Shown: piece after piece, positions 52,752 through 63,640 of the stretch | How positions within the stretch are numbered: the stretch's first letter is position 1 | Layout: each line of letters opens with the position of its first letter | Sequence record: NC_004928.1 | From: Escherichia phage RB69 | Direction: 5' to 3' (one strand) | Length of the DNA stretch: 64,000 bases | Position numbers and translations under genes: made by a program | Notes under the pieces: model-generated | The model's database searches: none | The model's input: the letters and a program-made list of their open reading frames with translations, nothing else | What the model was told of the DNA's origin: nothing

Positions 52752-52876
52752 GATTGTCTCCTCTGAATTATATATATCTATTTATAACCCCATCTTAAAG
52801 CGCATTTCTTGTACACGCTTTAAACATGCTTCCATTTCTGCTAAAAGTCTAAATACTTCTTTATAATTTGTCATAT

Positions 52877-53104
52877 TTACCCCATATCTCTCATATGCAT
52901 ATCAATGCCCATATCTTTAGAATAAAAATATTCATCAAGATATCCGGCAAATTTTCCTTTAATATAAAGGACATCTTCACCACACGGGTGGTTCGTCAGA
53001 ATACGAATATCCTGACGTCGTAGACGATACTTTTCCATTAAGAATTTAATTTCTGTTTCAAATTCTTCATCATTATTAAAGGCATCTTCAATTGAATAAC
53101 GCAT
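52877..53104 (-). CDS. hypothetical protein (uvsY-upstream small gene)
   Basis: 75-aa ORF immediately downstream of uvsY on the same strand. Confidence 0.55.
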   Translation of the reverse strand: MRYSIEDAFNNDEEFETEIKFLMEKYRLRRQDIRILTNHPCGEDVLYIKGKFAGYLDEYFYSKDMGIDMHMRDMG

Positions 53105-53517
53105 TATTGCCCCGCTTCAAATTCTCGCATATCTTGAATATGTTTAAGTGCAAAACTACGAGACTTAACCGCATCAAGTGCACCACTACAGAACTCAAGT
53201 AAAATTCCCCAGTATTGTAAAGTAGTCTCTATTTTAAGCACATCTTTATCTGCGGCCAGGACAGTTTTCATTTCAGATTTCTCGTATCGGTCCATACTGA
53301 ATTCATCACCATCACCTCGTCCCGAGTAGTAGTCTAATCTTGCTTTTAGAGCAGTTTTCTTCTGAGTCTCTATACGCAACATTTCTTTACGAATAAATGA
53401 GTGCTTACGTAGCCATTTGCTGTATAACTTAACATTATTCGCCGTCTCATATTGCAACTTTGTCGTATCAATAGCTAAGTCTGCGTCTAACTCTTCCTGT
53501 AAATCTTCCAGCTTCAT
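53104..53517 (-). CDS. uvsY: recombination mediator UvsY
   Basis: From ATG 53517: MKLEDLQEELDADLAIDTTKLQYETANNVKLYSKWLRKHS... matches T4 UvsY (137 aa). Confidence 0.93.
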   Translation of the reverse strand: MKLEDLQEELDADLAIDTTKLQYETANNVKLYSKWLRKHSFIRKEMLRIETQKKTALKARLDYYSGRGDGDEFSMDRYEKSEMKTVLAADKDVLKIETTLQYWGILLEFCSGALDAVKSRSFALKHIQDMREFEAGQ

Positions 53518-53572
53518 AATATTCTCTCTTTTAACTAATAATCTCCCGGCTGTATCGGAAGGACCTAAAACC

Positions 53573-53599
53573 ATTATACATAGGTTGCCTTGAAGCATT
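53573..53599 (-). promoter_or_regulatory. candidate MotA-type middle promoter for uvsY
   Basis: Minus strand AATGCTTCA then 12 nt then TATAAT, inside the 3' end of gene 25. Confidence 0.5.
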
Positions 53600-53996
53600 A
53601 CACTCTATTGCTTGACGCTAACTGAAGTTTAATTTGTTCAATATCGTCAGGGTTGTCTACGACCGAAAATCTAATCTCTACTATAACCGTATAGTCGTCA
53701 TATACCGGCGTTACACTTACAGAAAGTTTGTCGATGCGTGGCTCATAGTTACGAACAGCTGCCTGGATATTACGCTCAATCGTATCGGCTGTAAGTGGTG
53801 TCATATTCTCGAAAAGTTCATCAACCAAATCGCATCCAAATTCAGGGTCGAAGGGGCGTGAGCCTTTTCTAGTTGTCACTATGCCAAGAAGACTATTTTT
53901 AATAGAACGAAGTCCTACAGAACGAGCAACGTCCTTGTTCCAATCCATACGCATTTCTGGGTCGATATCTGAATAAAGTTTATTGATATTAGACAT
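53598..53996 (-). CDS. 25: baseplate wedge protein gp25
   Basis: 132 aa; synteny uvsY-25-26-51-27. Confidence 0.9.
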   Translation of the reverse strand: MSNINKLYSDIDPEMRMDWNKDVARSVGLRSIKNSLLGIVTTRKGSRPFDPEFGCDLVDELFENMTPLTADTIERNIQAAVRNYEPRIDKLSVSVTPVYDDYTVIVEIRFSVVDNPDDIEQIKLQLASSNRV

Positions 53997-54622
53997 TATA
54001 GTAACTCAAAGAATTCTTTGAGGCCTCGTATTGTGTGAACGTGTGACGCCCCACATTTGGGACATTTAATAGGGGTTGCCAGATAAATTGATGGCGACAC
54101 CAAAAGATTTTTAATATTGATCATGTCATCTTCTGTTATAAGGCCGTAAAGGTCGTTTATTTCTGCTTCAGTTAAATCTTCAACAGGGATGGACTCTCCA
54201 TTGACAAAAACAGCCTCAATACATGAAGCAATCATTAATGCGATATTTTTATCATCAAATAATTTAGGTTGACGGAACTTAATTTTAATACCGCTGAACG
54301 AATACCAGGGATCGGCCTGTTCATCTAATTGAGTGTGCAATAAATTCATATAGACTTGAAATGAATGCCCACAGGAACAATTCCAGGTGTGTTCTTGATT
54401 CACTTCACCTAATGAATGTGCCCACAGATTTACCAACAATAACTCGGCTTCTTGTTTAGTCAAGTTTTTAGCGTTAGAGCAATTAGTGATAATATTGTTC
54501 ACTGCTGATTCAATAGTACCGGTAGCCCGCGCACCTATGAGTCCTAAATATTCTTTTAAAGTAAAGGCTCTACAATTCACTTCTTTATCGCCTAAACGTA
54601 CGGTAAACGTATATTTGTACAT
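53996..54622 (-). CDS. 26: baseplate hub protein gp26
   Basis: 208 aa; synteny. Confidence 0.85.
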   Translation of the reverse strand: MYKYTFTVRLGDKEVNCRAFTLKEYLGLIGARATGTIESAVNNIITNCSNAKNLTKQEAELLLVNLWAHSLGEVNQEHTWNCSCGHSFQVYMNLLHTQLDEQADPWYSFSGIKIKFRQPKLFDDKNIALMIASCIEAVFVNGESIPVEDLTEAEINDLYGLITEDDMINIKNLLVSPSIYLATPIKCPKCGASHVHTIRGLKEFFELL

Positions 54623-54640
54623 GTTAACTCCTTTATTGTG

Positions 54641-54652
54641 TATTTATAAATA
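54641..54652. promoter_or_regulatory. palindromic divergent late promoter (TATTTATAAATA)
   Basis: TATAAATA on plus at 54645-54652 (gene 51) and on minus at 54641-54648 (gene 26). Confidence 0.7.
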
Positions 54653-54669
54653 ATAGAAAAGGAGTAATT

Positions 54670-55425
54670 ATGGCTAATATAATTCGTTGTAAATTACCGG
54701 ATGGTGTTCATCGTTTTAAGCCGTTCACTGTGGCGGATTATAGAGACTTTTTACTAGTTAGAAATGATATCGAACATCGTTCGCCGCAAGAACAAAAAGA
54801 AATAATTGCCGATCTGATTGATGATGATTATTTTGGCGAGTACCCTAAAACATGGCAACCATTTATATTCCTGCAAGTTTTTGCAGGCTCTATAGGCAAA
54901 ACAAAAGTTCCCGTTATTTTCACTTGCCCTAAATGCTCTAAAGAAAAAACTGCACCATTTGAGATATATCAAAAAGAACTAGTCGAACCTGAACTTGATG
55001 TTGCTGGTATAAAAATACGTTTTTCTTTCCCTGAAAAGTTTTATGACAATAAAGCATTAATGATAAGTGAAAACATAAAAGAAATATATTATAATGATGA
55101 ATGGTACCCATGGAATGATTTGACTGAAGAGAACCAAATCCAAGTAATAGAAGCAATAGACATTGACTCGCTCGAGAAGGTTATTGCTTCTATGAATCCT
55201 ATTAATTTGACCCTTAGATTAGGTTGTTGTGAACGTCATGTTAAAACATATACTGATATCTTAGAGGTTTTTAAATTGTTAGTTAACCCTGATGAGATTT
55301 TTACATTTTATCAGATAAACCATTCACTAGTAAAGAGTCAATACACATTGGATTCTATTATGCAAATGATTCCTGTTGAACGTGGTATTGCTTTAACATT
55401 AGTAGAAAAGGACCATAAAAAATGA
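54670..55425 (+). CDS. 51: baseplate hub assembly protein gp51
   Basis: 251 aa; synteny. Confidence 0.85.
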   Translation: MANIIRCKLPDGVHRFKPFTVADYRDFLLVRNDIEHRSPQEQKEIIADLIDDDYFGEYPKTWQPFIFLQVFAGSIGKTKVPVIFTCPKCSKEKTAPFEIYQKELVEPELDVAGIKIRFSFPEKFYDNKALMISENIKEIYYNDEWYPWNDLTEENQIQVIEAIDIDSLEKVIASMNPINLTLRLGCCERHVKTYTDILEVFKLLVNPDEIFTFYQINHSLVKSQYTLDSIMQMIPVERGIALTLVEKDHKK

Positions 55426-56594
55426 CAGTATTCCAACGTCCAGGATATCCTAACTTAAGCGTTAAATTATATCAAGATTATTCGGCTTGGCAAGAAAATA
55501 GATACGTTGAACTCGCGGCAACAATAACAACTTTAACCATGCGAGATTCGCTATATGGAAGAAATGAAGGGATTCTTCAATTTTATGACACTAAAAACAT
55601 CCACACTAAAATGGATGGTAGACAGATAGTCCAAATCTCTGTTTCAAATTCAAACACACCTCTCCAAGTTAGAACTCGAATTTATGGATGTAGACATTAT
55701 TCTGTGTCTGTAGACTCAAAAGGTGACAATATTATTGCAATTGAGCTTGGAACAATACATTCTATAGAGAACCTTAAATTTGGACGGCCATTCTTCCCAG
55801 ACGCAGGAGAATCTATACGTGAAATGTTAGGTGTCATATACAAAGACCGTACGTTAATTACTCCGCCAATAAACACTATTAATGCTTATGTTCCTGATAT
55901 TCCTTGGACAAGCACATTTGATGATTATTTGGCATATGTCAGAGAATTAGGACTTGCTACAGCGAGTGATAAGTTCGTATTCGTATGGCAAGATATTTTA
56001 GGCGTAAACATGATTGACTACGATACTCTTATTGGCCAGGAAGGCATTAAGATGGTTGTAGGCGAGCCAAATACCGTAGGTCAGTATATTCAAGAGCTTG
56101 AGTATCCATTAGTATGGGATTTTACCTGGATGACTAAAGCTAACCAATTTACAAGAGACCCTATTAAAAACGCCACGGTATTCGCCCATTCATTTTTAGA
56201 TACATCTATTCCGGTTATTGTTACAGGTGATGGTGATAACGCTATTGTTGTGTCAAGATCCGGTGGATATTCCGAAATGACCTATCGTAATGGATTTGAA
56301 GAAGCAAGTCGTCTTCAGACAATGGCTCAATATGACGGATATGCTAAATGCACTACTACAGGTAATTTTAACATAACGCCTGCTACTAAAATTATATTTG
56401 TTGACCAAAAGAACCAATTCAAATCTGAATTTTACGTAGATGAAGTTATTCATGAGTTATCAAATAACAACTCACAAACTCATCTGTACATGTTTACCAA
56501 CTCAATGGTGTTAGAACCTGTTAACCCAGTTAAGGTTAAAAATGAACTTAAATCTGATTCTACCTCTAAAGAAAATAATTCTACCACAGTCTAA
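55422..56594 (+). CDS. 27: baseplate hub protein gp27
   Basis: 390 aa; size as T4 gp27. Confidence 0.9.
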   Translation: MTVFQRPGYPNLSVKLYQDYSAWQENRYVELAATITTLTMRDSLYGRNEGILQFYDTKNIHTKMDGRQIVQISVSNSNTPLQVRTRIYGCRHYSVSVDSKGDNIIAIELGTIHSIENLKFGRPFFPDAGESIREMLGVIYKDRTLITPPINTINAYVPDIPWTSTFDDYLAYVRELGLATASDKFVFVWQDILGVNMIDYDTLIGQEGIKMVVGEPNTVGQYIQELEYPLVWDFTWMTKANQFTRDPIKNATVFAHSFLDTSIPVIVTGDGDNAIVVSRSGGYSEMTYRNGFEEASRLQTMAQYDGYAKCTTTGNFNITPATKIIFVDQKNQFKSEFYVDEVIHELSNNNSQTHLYMFTNSMVLEPVNPVKVKNELKSDSTSKENNSTTV

Positions 56595-57075
56595 TAAAAA
56601 GGTAATGATTCCCAAATTAGGGCTCAAACATTATAATCTTTTAAAGGACGTTAAAGGTCCTGACGAAAACATGAAAATCTTAGCTGATTCTATTTGTAAA
56701 AATATGAGTCCCGCAGATTTTGATTTTGCATGTCTACACATATTGGAATTTAATAACAAACTTAAGTCTGAAGTTGAAAAAGACGGATTCACATATAAAC
56801 TAGATGACGTCTATGTATGCCAACGAACAGAATTCCAATTCCAAGGCAATACTTTTTATTTTAGACCCCCAGGCAAATTTGAACAATTCGCTACAATCAG
56901 TGAAATGCTATCAAATTGCTTAATAAAAGTTAATGACGAAGAGAAAGAAATTTCTTTCCTTGAGATGCCTGCTTTTGTAATCAAATGGGCAGAAGACCTT
57001 TCGACAACTATTGCTATTCCAGGCCCTAATGGCCCTATTAAGGGTATAGCAGAAATTATTGGATTGCTTGAATGA
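56542..57075 (+). CDS. 28: baseplate hub distal protein gp28
   Basis: 177 aa; synteny; start uncertain (53-nt overlap with gene 27). Confidence 0.8.
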   Translation: MNLNLILPLKKIILPQSNKKVMIPKLGLKHYNLLKDVKGPDENMKILADSICKNMSPADFDFACLHILEFNNKLKSEVEKDGFTYKLDDVYVCQRTEFQFQGNTFYFRPPGKFEQFATISEMLSNCLIKVNDEEKEISFLEMPAFVIKWAEDLSTTIAIPGPNGPIKGIAEIIGLLE

Positions 57076-58844
57076 AACCTGAAGAAATGAAATCCATGCG
57101 TAGAAATAAGGTCATTGCCGATAATAAACCACAAAAAGTAGCTGCAACAGCAGCTACCGATTCATTAGAAGCATTGAATAACATTTCATCAAAACTAGAC
57201 GATGTCCAAGCTGCGTCTGAACTCACATCACAAAGTGTAGAAGATAAAGGCAATGGAATTATTGAATCAATTGGAGACTTAAAGAATTCGACAGATAATA
57301 CTGCTGAAGGCACAGAGCTTATCGCAGAAGTTATTGAAAAACAAACTGAAGTCACTAAAAGTATAAACGAAGTTTCTAGTGCAATAAGCTCTAAGTTAGA
57401 CCGATTAGCTACATTATTAGAGCAAAAATTACAAACATCTACCGCTATTCAAAATACAGGAGGCACCTCTCTTGAAGTAATTGAGAATGCAATACCTGTT
57501 AAAGTGGTTGAGAATGAAACTTCTGATGAGTTGTTTAAAGCATTCCCTACACCTGAAAAGATCGATAATAAGCCAGACGAAGATTTCTTCCCAACGCCGG
57601 TTCAAGAAAGTGCTAATTCTACTTCCGATTCTAAAGGCGGGATTAGCTTTAAATTGAGCGATAAAATTGCAATGCTCACCAAAACAGTTCAAACCGGGTT
57701 TAATAAATCAATATCAATTTCAGACAGAATTGCTGGAATGCTTTTCAAATACACTATAACGGCTGCTATTGAAGCAGCAAAAATGGCCGCACTTATTCTT
57801 GGTATTGTTATCGGTATTGATTTATTGATAGTCCATTTCAAATATTGGACAGACAAGTTCACTTCTGCCTGGGATTTATTTGATGAAAACTTTACTAAAT
57901 TCTCCGATGAAGCTAAAGAGTGGGGTAAATTCTTAAGTGATATATTCACTTCTATTGACTCGATAAAACAATTGTGGGAAGCTGGAGACTGGGGTGGTTT
58001 AACCGTTGCTATTGTCAAAGGTGTAGGAACAGCATTAATGAACTTAGGTGAACTAATTCAATTAGGAATGGCTAAACTCTCCGCATCTATATTGCGTGCT
58101 ATAGGTTTTGGTGATACCGCGGACGAAATAGAAGGACGTGCTTTAGAAGGATTCCAAGAAACTACTGGGAACAAATTAAAGAAAGAAGACCAAGAGAAAG
58201 TCGCCAAATATCAAATGAAGCGTGACGACGGGGAATTAGGAACCGTTTCTAAAGGTCTTGATATGTTACAACGCGGCAAAACATTCGTTACTAACTGGGT
58301 TCGTGGTAATGATAATAAAGAAGAGTTTAGTACAAGCGATGAGCGTGCTGCGGAATCGGCAAAATTAAAAGAGTTACCTGAAGAGGAACGTAAAGAGGCA
58401 TATATAAAAGCTAATGAAACTCGGGCAGCCTTAGTTAGATTTGAGGATTATATCGATAAAATCGATATGACTAATCCGGAAAATGCTAAAAACGTTGAGA
58501 AGTCTTATGCCGATTTAAGTAAACTTATTAAAGACCCTGAACTTAATAAAACTCCTGTTGTTAAAAAGGAATTAGATGCTAGATTTGAAAAGCTAAATAA
58601 TAAAATGGCTGAAGCCAAAAAGGCTCAGACAACAGTTAAGCCTGAATCTTCGTCTAAATCTCCGGAAGCAAAACAAGTTCAGTCAATAGAGAAAGGACGT
58701 GCTTCTGAATCTAAACAACAGCAACCGGTAGCGACGATTAGTAATACAAATAATGTCGTCAAAAAGAATACCGTAGTCCAGAATATGACCCCTGTAACAA
58801 GTACAACGGCTCCTGGAATTTTCCATGCCACCGGTGTTAATTAA
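57072..58844 (+). CDS. 29: baseplate hub / tail length determinator gp29
   Basis: 590 aa; synteny 28-29-48-54. Confidence 0.9.
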   Translation: MKPEEMKSMRRNKVIADNKPQKVAATAATDSLEALNNISSKLDDVQAASELTSQSVEDKGNGIIESIGDLKNSTDNTAEGTELIAEVIEKQTEVTKSINEVSSAISSKLDRLATLLEQKLQTSTAIQNTGGTSLEVIENAIPVKVVENETSDELFKAFPTPEKIDNKPDEDFFPTPVQESANSTSDSKGGISFKLSDKIAMLTKTVQTGFNKSISISDRIAGMLFKYTITAAIEAAKMAALILGIVIGIDLLIVHFKYWTDKFTSAWDLFDENFTKFSDEAKEWGKFLSDIFTSIDSIKQLWEAGDWGGLTVAIVKGVGTALMNLGELIQLGMAKLSASILRAIGFGDTADEIEGRALEGFQETTGNKLKKEDQEKVAKYQMKRDDGELGTVSKGLDMLQRGKTFVTNWVRGNDNKEEFSTSDERAAESAKLKELPEEERKEAYIKANETRAALVRFEDYIDKIDMTNPENAKNVEKSYADLSKLIKDPELNKTPVVKKELDARFEKLNNKMAEAKKAQTTVKPESSSKSPEAKQVQSIEKGRASESKQQQPVATISNTNNVVKKNTVVQNMTPVTSTTAPGIFHATGVN

Positions 58845-58852
58845 GGATTATT

Positions 58853-59962
58853 ATGATTAGTGTAAAAGAAATAGTAGTAGATGCAAAGGATTTAAATAAA
58901 GCAATCCCAGTCTCAGAAAGTGCTGGGCAAAGCACTAAAACCGAAACAACTACTAAAACTTATGTTGCTCAATTTCCTACAGGAAGAGCAGCCGGAAATG
59001 ACTCCACAGGAGACTTCCAGGTAACAGACCTTTATAAGAATGGATTATTATTTACCGCGTACAATATGTCTGCACGCGATTCAGGATCCCTAAGAAATTT
59101 ACGTCCGGCATACGCCGGGACTTCATCTAATGGTATCATATCAGATTTAACTGATAATGTGAAAGATGCAGTGACTAAATTCTCAAATGGATTGCTTCCT
59201 GCCGGAGCTAATAAATCTACTATAAATAAAACTCCTGTTGCTAATATACTTTTGCCACGTTCCAAATCTGACGTTGATACAACTTCACATCGTTTTAATG
59301 ATATCGGTGATAGCCTTATTACTAAAGGTGGAGGTACTGCTACGGGCGTTTTAAGTAACATTGCTTCTACTGCAGTTTTTGGTGCATTAGATTCTATTAC
59401 TCAAGGGCTTATGGCTGATAATAACGAACAGATTTATACGACTTCTCGTAGTATGTATGGCGGTGCTGAGAACCGTACTAAAGTCTTTACATGGGATTTA
59501 ACTCCACGTTCAACTGAAGACCTTATGGCTATTATAAACATTTACCAGTATTTTAACTATTTCTCATATGGTGAGACCGGTAAATCACAATACGCCCAAG
59601 AGATTAAAAGTTATTTAGACGAATGGTACCGTTCAACGTTTATTGAGCCTATGACACCAGACGATGCTGTAAAAAATAAGACATTGTTTGAAAAGATTAC
59701 TGCGTCATTAACAAACGTATTAGTTGTAAGCAACCCTACGATTTGGATGGTTAAAAACTTTGGACACACATCTAAATTTGACGGGTTAACTGATGTATTT
59801 GGCCCATGTCAAATTCAAAGCGTACGTTTTGATAAAACTCCAAATGGACAATTTAATGGTCTTGCTGTTGCTCCTAACTTACCGTCAACATTTACGTTAG
59901 AGATAACAATGCGAGAAATTATTACATTAAACCGTTCTTCACTTTATGCGGGGACTTTCTAA
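58853..59962 (+). CDS. 48: baseplate tail tube cap gp48
   Basis: 369 aa; synteny. Confidence 0.9.
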   Translation: MISVKEIVVDAKDLNKAIPVSESAGQSTKTETTTKTYVAQFPTGRAAGNDSTGDFQVTDLYKNGLLFTAYNMSARDSGSLRNLRPAYAGTSSNGIISDLTDNVKDAVTKFSNGLLPAGANKSTINKTPVANILLPRSKSDVDTTSHRFNDIGDSLITKGGGTATGVLSNIASTAVFGALDSITQGLMADNNEQIYTTSRSMYGGAENRTKVFTWDLTPRSTEDLMAIINIYQYFNYFSYGETGKSQYAQEIKSYLDEWYRSTFIEPMTPDDAVKNKTLFEKITASLTNVLVVSNPTIWMVKNFGHTSKFDGLTDVFGPCQIQSVRFDKTPNGQFNGLAVAPNLPSTFTLEITMREIITLNRSSLYAGTF

Positions 59963-60924
59963 TGTACTCTTTAGAAGAATTTAATAACCAAGCTATAAAT
60001 GCAGATTTCCAACGAAACAATATGTTTAGTTGTGTATTTGCTACTACACCGTCGACCAAATCGTCTTCACTAATTTCGTCAATTGGTAGTTTTGCTTATA
60101 ATAACTTAGGGTTGGATTCAGATTGGCTAGGATTGACTCAAGGTGATATCAATCAGGGCGTAACAACCCTGATTACAGCAGGAACACAGAAATTAATTCG
60201 AAAATCAGGTGTAAGTAAATATCTGATTGGAGCAATGAGCCAACGTACGGTACAAAGCTTGTTAGGTGAGTTCACAGTAGGAGCTTATCTGATAGACTTC
60301 TTCAATATGGCATATAATAATACAGGTTTAATGATTTATTCTGTAAAAATGCCTGAGAACCGATTATCTTATGAAACGGATTTCAACTATAACTCCCCGA
60401 ACATCCGAATTACCGGTCGAGAAATGGACCCGTTAGTAATAAGCTTTAGAATGGATTCCGAAGCATCTAACTTTAGAGCAATGCAGGACTGGGTAAACTC
60501 AGTCCAAGACCCTGTAACAGGTCTTCGCGCTTTACCACAAGACGTCGAAGCAGATATTCAGGTTAATTTACATGCGCGAAATGGTTTACCACATACCGCT
60601 GTCATGTTCACTGGATGTATTCCTGTTAGCGTCTCTTCTCCTGAGTTAACGTATGATGGTGATAACCAAATAACAGTTTTTGACGTAACATTTGCTTATC
60701 GCGTTATGCAATCAGGTGCTGTAAATAGACAGGCTGCTTTAGAATGGCTGGAATCAGGACTTATTAGTAGTGTTTCAGGAATGTTTGGAAATAATCAGAA
60801 TGATTCTGGACTAGGAAGTGCAGTATCAAGACTTTCTAGATTAGGTGGGACTGCTGGTGGTGTGTCTAATATAAACACATTGACAGGTGTGGTGAATTCT
60901 GCGTCAAGAGTTTTAGGACTATAA
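59962..60924 (+). CDS. 54: baseplate tail tube initiator gp54
   Basis: 320 aa; synteny. Confidence 0.9.
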   Translation: MYSLEEFNNQAINADFQRNNMFSCVFATTPSTKSSSLISSIGSFAYNNLGLDSDWLGLTQGDINQGVTTLITAGTQKLIRKSGVSKYLIGAMSQRTVQSLLGEFTVGAYLIDFFNMAYNNTGLMIYSVKMPENRLSYETDFNYNSPNIRITGREMDPLVISFRMDSEASNFRAMQDWVNSVQDPVTGLRALPQDVEADIQVNLHARNGLPHTAVMFTGCIPVSVSSPELTYDGDNQITVFDVTFAYRVMQSGAVNRQAALEWLESGLISSVSGMFGNNQNDSGLGSAVSRLSRLGGTAGGVSNINTLTGVVNSASRVLGL

Positions 60925-60953
60925 GAAAAAGGGAGACAACGTCTCCCTTTAGG
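60924..60953. terminator. bidirectional terminator between gene 54 and the alt-side genes
   Basis: A-run, GGGAGACAACGTCTCCC hairpin, T-run. Confidence 0.7.
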
Positions 60954-60956
60954 GGT

Positions 60957-61250
60957 TTATTTACGGAATGAAAGGAATGCTGGTGCTCGGAATGGAGTAT
61001 CATCTTTAGAGTATTTAACTAATACGACCATTGGTACCTCTGTTTCTAAATGACCTGTCACTACACCTATAAAAATTTGGTCGGTGTGCTCAGGGTCACG
61101 AAAGTTTTTAAGAGGTTCCATAGCAATATGGAATGCACCTGGGAATACTCGATTCAATTCGTCAATCACAGCTTCGTTAAAAACATCATCTGCTGGAATA
61201 ACATTTTCAACTACTAGTTCTTGACCATTAAAGCGAAGCATAGATTTCAT
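60957..61250 (-). CDS. hypothetical protein downstream of alt
   Basis: Track ORF 60957..61322 runs through a promoter; start moved to ATG 61250 with GAGG RBS. Confidence 0.55.
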   Translation of the reverse strand: MKSMLRFNGQELVVENVIPADDVFNEAVIDELNRVFPGAFHIAMEPLKNFRDPEHTDQIFIGVVTGHLETEVPMVVLVKYSKDDTPFRAPAFLSFRK

Positions 61251-61281
61251 AACGGTTTCCTCATGTTGTTGATGGGATGAT

Positions 61282-61309
61282 AGTATAACACATCCATGTG
61301 CTTGTAAAC
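61282..61309 (-). promoter_or_regulatory. sigma70-type early promoter
   Basis: Minus strand GTTTAC(16)TATACT. Confidence 0.5.
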
Positions 61310-63396
61310 TATCCTTGGACAAATTTAAACGGAACTGATTCTAAATCCATTAAAGATGCTAACAATTTCAAACCTTTAGGTGCGCTAGTTTTTTCTACAA
61401 ATGAAGAGAACGATACCGGCTCATCTGATTCGATTTCACCTGTCATAGCAACCACCTCACCTGTTTCCATGAGAACATCACCATCATAAATGACAGCTTC
61501 ATCTAACTGGTCTGAGGACATGACTTCAGCTTGAATAAATTTAAGGTTGGATTCTAAACCTGCACCAGTGTCAGATGACGCATCTGTAATTTTATTTATC
61601 TGCAAGAGAATGCCTCTAGGCAAAATAATTTCTTGCTCATTAGGGTGATTACTCAACTGTCCTGGATAAATCACGTTAACTTTATGAGCACCATCAATAG
61701 CCCATCCAACGTTAACACGGATTTGTTCTGGTGCATGCATAGCTGTTCTTACTTGACTAGGAGAAATAGTAACACCTTCGTCATTATTGTCAATGTTAAG
61801 CTCTTTGCGAACGTTCTTCAGGAGCAAGTCCAAGGGCAACGTTCTCTTTAAACCCACCGAAAATAATAGGAGCTTGTGAAGTGGAAACATAGTTTCTGAA
61901 GTAGAATACCTTATTTTTAACCATTGCTTCGTAAATAGGCATTCTGATAGACTGAGCTCTATATAACGTTTGTCCTTCAGGTAACGGTCTCCATTTAAAA
62001 ACGCCGAATCAAGACCATCAATAGCGCGTTTAACTTCATCTTCATCTGCAACATCGTAAAAATCTGGTTTATAACGACCTAACAACATATTATTGATATC
62101 GGTATACGCAGAAGAGGCATATTCACGAATAGCTCGTTTTTCAGCAACAGAGTATTGTTTAGGGTCCCGATTCATTGTTATATTAAAGGTGCCTCTAGCC
62201 GATTCTCGTGCATAAGTATACATCACATTAGACAAGAACGCTGATTTACGTTGTTTCCAAGTTTTTTCAGATACTTCAGCTAAAACGTCGTCGGCCAGTT
62301 GGAAATTATCACGTCTAAAATCTTCAAACCATTCGTCTTTAATAGAGTCTGCAATCTCATTTGCAGCTTCAACAAAAGCAGCTAATGCTTTAACAGATGT
62401 TGTTTTTTCAGTTTTAATTTTCTTAGCAAACTTTTCTAAAGTTGGCTTAATAACACCACCATAAGAAACTTCATCAGCAAATTTAAAGGATTCATCAATA
62501 CGATTATAAATCTTATTTTCGATATCAGCAACTAAAGTGCCTTTTGCTGTGGACGATGCTTGGGCTAGTACTATTTCATATGCTTCAGGAAGTAATTCGG
62601 CTGTAGCCGGGCCACTAACTTCTTTAGCAGAATTTTCGTATTTCTGGAATAACTCACCTTCTTGGCGGTCCGCTTCTAAAGATTGACTTGCTGCAATAGC
62701 ACGACGAGAAATTTTAGTACGAGCAATAACAGGCTTATCTTTACGTTTTTCTTCTACAGCAGCAATAGAACCAGCGATAGCCGTTTCTTTGGTGACCTTT
62801 TCGCCAGTCTTTTTACTCACATAAACTTCGCCAACATCAGAATCTACTTTCGTGTACAACTCTGTGTTAATGTTAGGGATGCCTTTAATATCTTCAATGT
62901 TGGCATTTTTACGAACCATCATCACATAGGTGTGTTTACCTGTGAATTGATACATTGCCGACAATACTTTAAAACGACCACCGGTTTTAGTAGAAACTAA
63001 ACGAGCAAGAAGAGTTTGAAGCTGCTGTCCACGTCCTTTCAATTTCTTGGTAGGGAATCGGAACAGAACTGCATCCATACGAAGAGCTTTAACCTGTTCA
63101 TATACTGTATTGAAAATGGTGTTGATTGCATCAATAGGAGCAGGACCAAGGCCATTTTTCAATTCAGCGAGATTACCCTTTTCAGATAGACTCATAATAA
63201 CAACATGAGCGTATTTGTCGCCAAGTTTAACTTGTTTTACAGCATCACCTTCGGAAAGGTAAGAGAATAAGCGAACTACGATGTTTGTATCGATATCACC
63301 AATTTTCCAGACTTGTGGAACTTTAGCTTTAGGGTTCAAATTGACGACAGGAAGACTGCCTTCAGATTCAAACACTTCATTTAATTGTTCAGACAT
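61309..63396 (-). CDS. alt: ADP-ribosyltransferase Alt (packaged, injected)
   Basis: 695 aa; N-terminus MSEQLNEVFESEGSLPVVNLNPKAKVPQ resembles T4 Alt; size and position after gene 54. Confidence 0.88.
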   Translation of the reverse strand: MSEQLNEVFESEGSLPVVNLNPKAKVPQVWKIGDIDTNIVVRLFSYLSEGDAVKQVKLGDKYAHVVIMSLSEKGNLAELKNGLGPAPIDAINTIFNTVYEQVKALRMDAVLFRFPTKKLKGRGQQLQTLLARLVSTKTGGRFKVLSAMYQFTGKHTYVMMVRKNANIEDIKGIPNINTELYTKVDSDVGEVYVSKKTGEKVTKETAIAGSIAAVEEKRKDKPVIARTKISRRAIAASQSLEADRQEGELFQKYENSAKEVSGPATAELLPEAYEIVLAQASSTAKGTLVADIENKIYNRIDESFKFADEVSYGGVIKPTLEKFAKKIKTEKTTSVKALAAFVEAANEIADSIKDEWFEDFRRDNFQLADDVLAEVSEKTWKQRKSAFLSNVMYTYARESARGTFNITMNRDPKQYSVAEKRAIREYASSAYTDINNMLLGRYKPDFYDVADEDEVKRAIDGLDSAFLNGDRYLKDKRYIELSLSECLFTKQWLKIRYSTSETMFPLHKLLLFSVGLKRTLPLDLLLKNVRKELNIDNNDEGVTISPSQVRTAMHAPEQIRVNVGWAIDGAHKVNVIYPGQLSNHPNEQEIILPRGILLQINKITDASSDTGAGLESNLKFIQAEVMSSDQLDEAVIYDGDVLMETGEVVAMTGEIESDEPVSFSSFVEKTSAPKGLKLLASLMDLESVPFKFVQG

Positions 63397-63428
63397 AGTG
63401 TTTTCCTTTTAGTAATAATTTATATTTA

Positions 63429-63452
63429 TGCCAAAAAGAGCCCGAAGGCTCT
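63429..63452 (-). terminator. hairpin plus T-tract upstream of alt
   Basis: Minus strand AGAGCCTTCGGGCTCT followed by TTTTTGG. Confidence 0.55.
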
Positions 63453-63640
63453 TAATCCACAATCTGGAGCAAAGTACGATAAACTTCAAAATTAGGGCCT
63501 TTTTCGTACTTATCAAAATTGTCCATAAAAATATGATAGGAATCGTTATTAGGAAAATCTAATACAATTTGGGAACAAGAGGTGGAAACATCACCACCAT
63601 CTTTATTAGCGACAACTACTGTTTCTAAATAAGCTTTCAT
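63452..63640 (-). CDS. hypothetical protein
   Basis: 62-aa ORF between alt and the ligase-like ORF. Confidence 0.5.
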   Translation of the reverse strand: MKAYLETVVVANKDGGDVSTSCSQIVLDFPNNDSYHIFMDNFDKYEKGPNFEVYRTLLQIVD

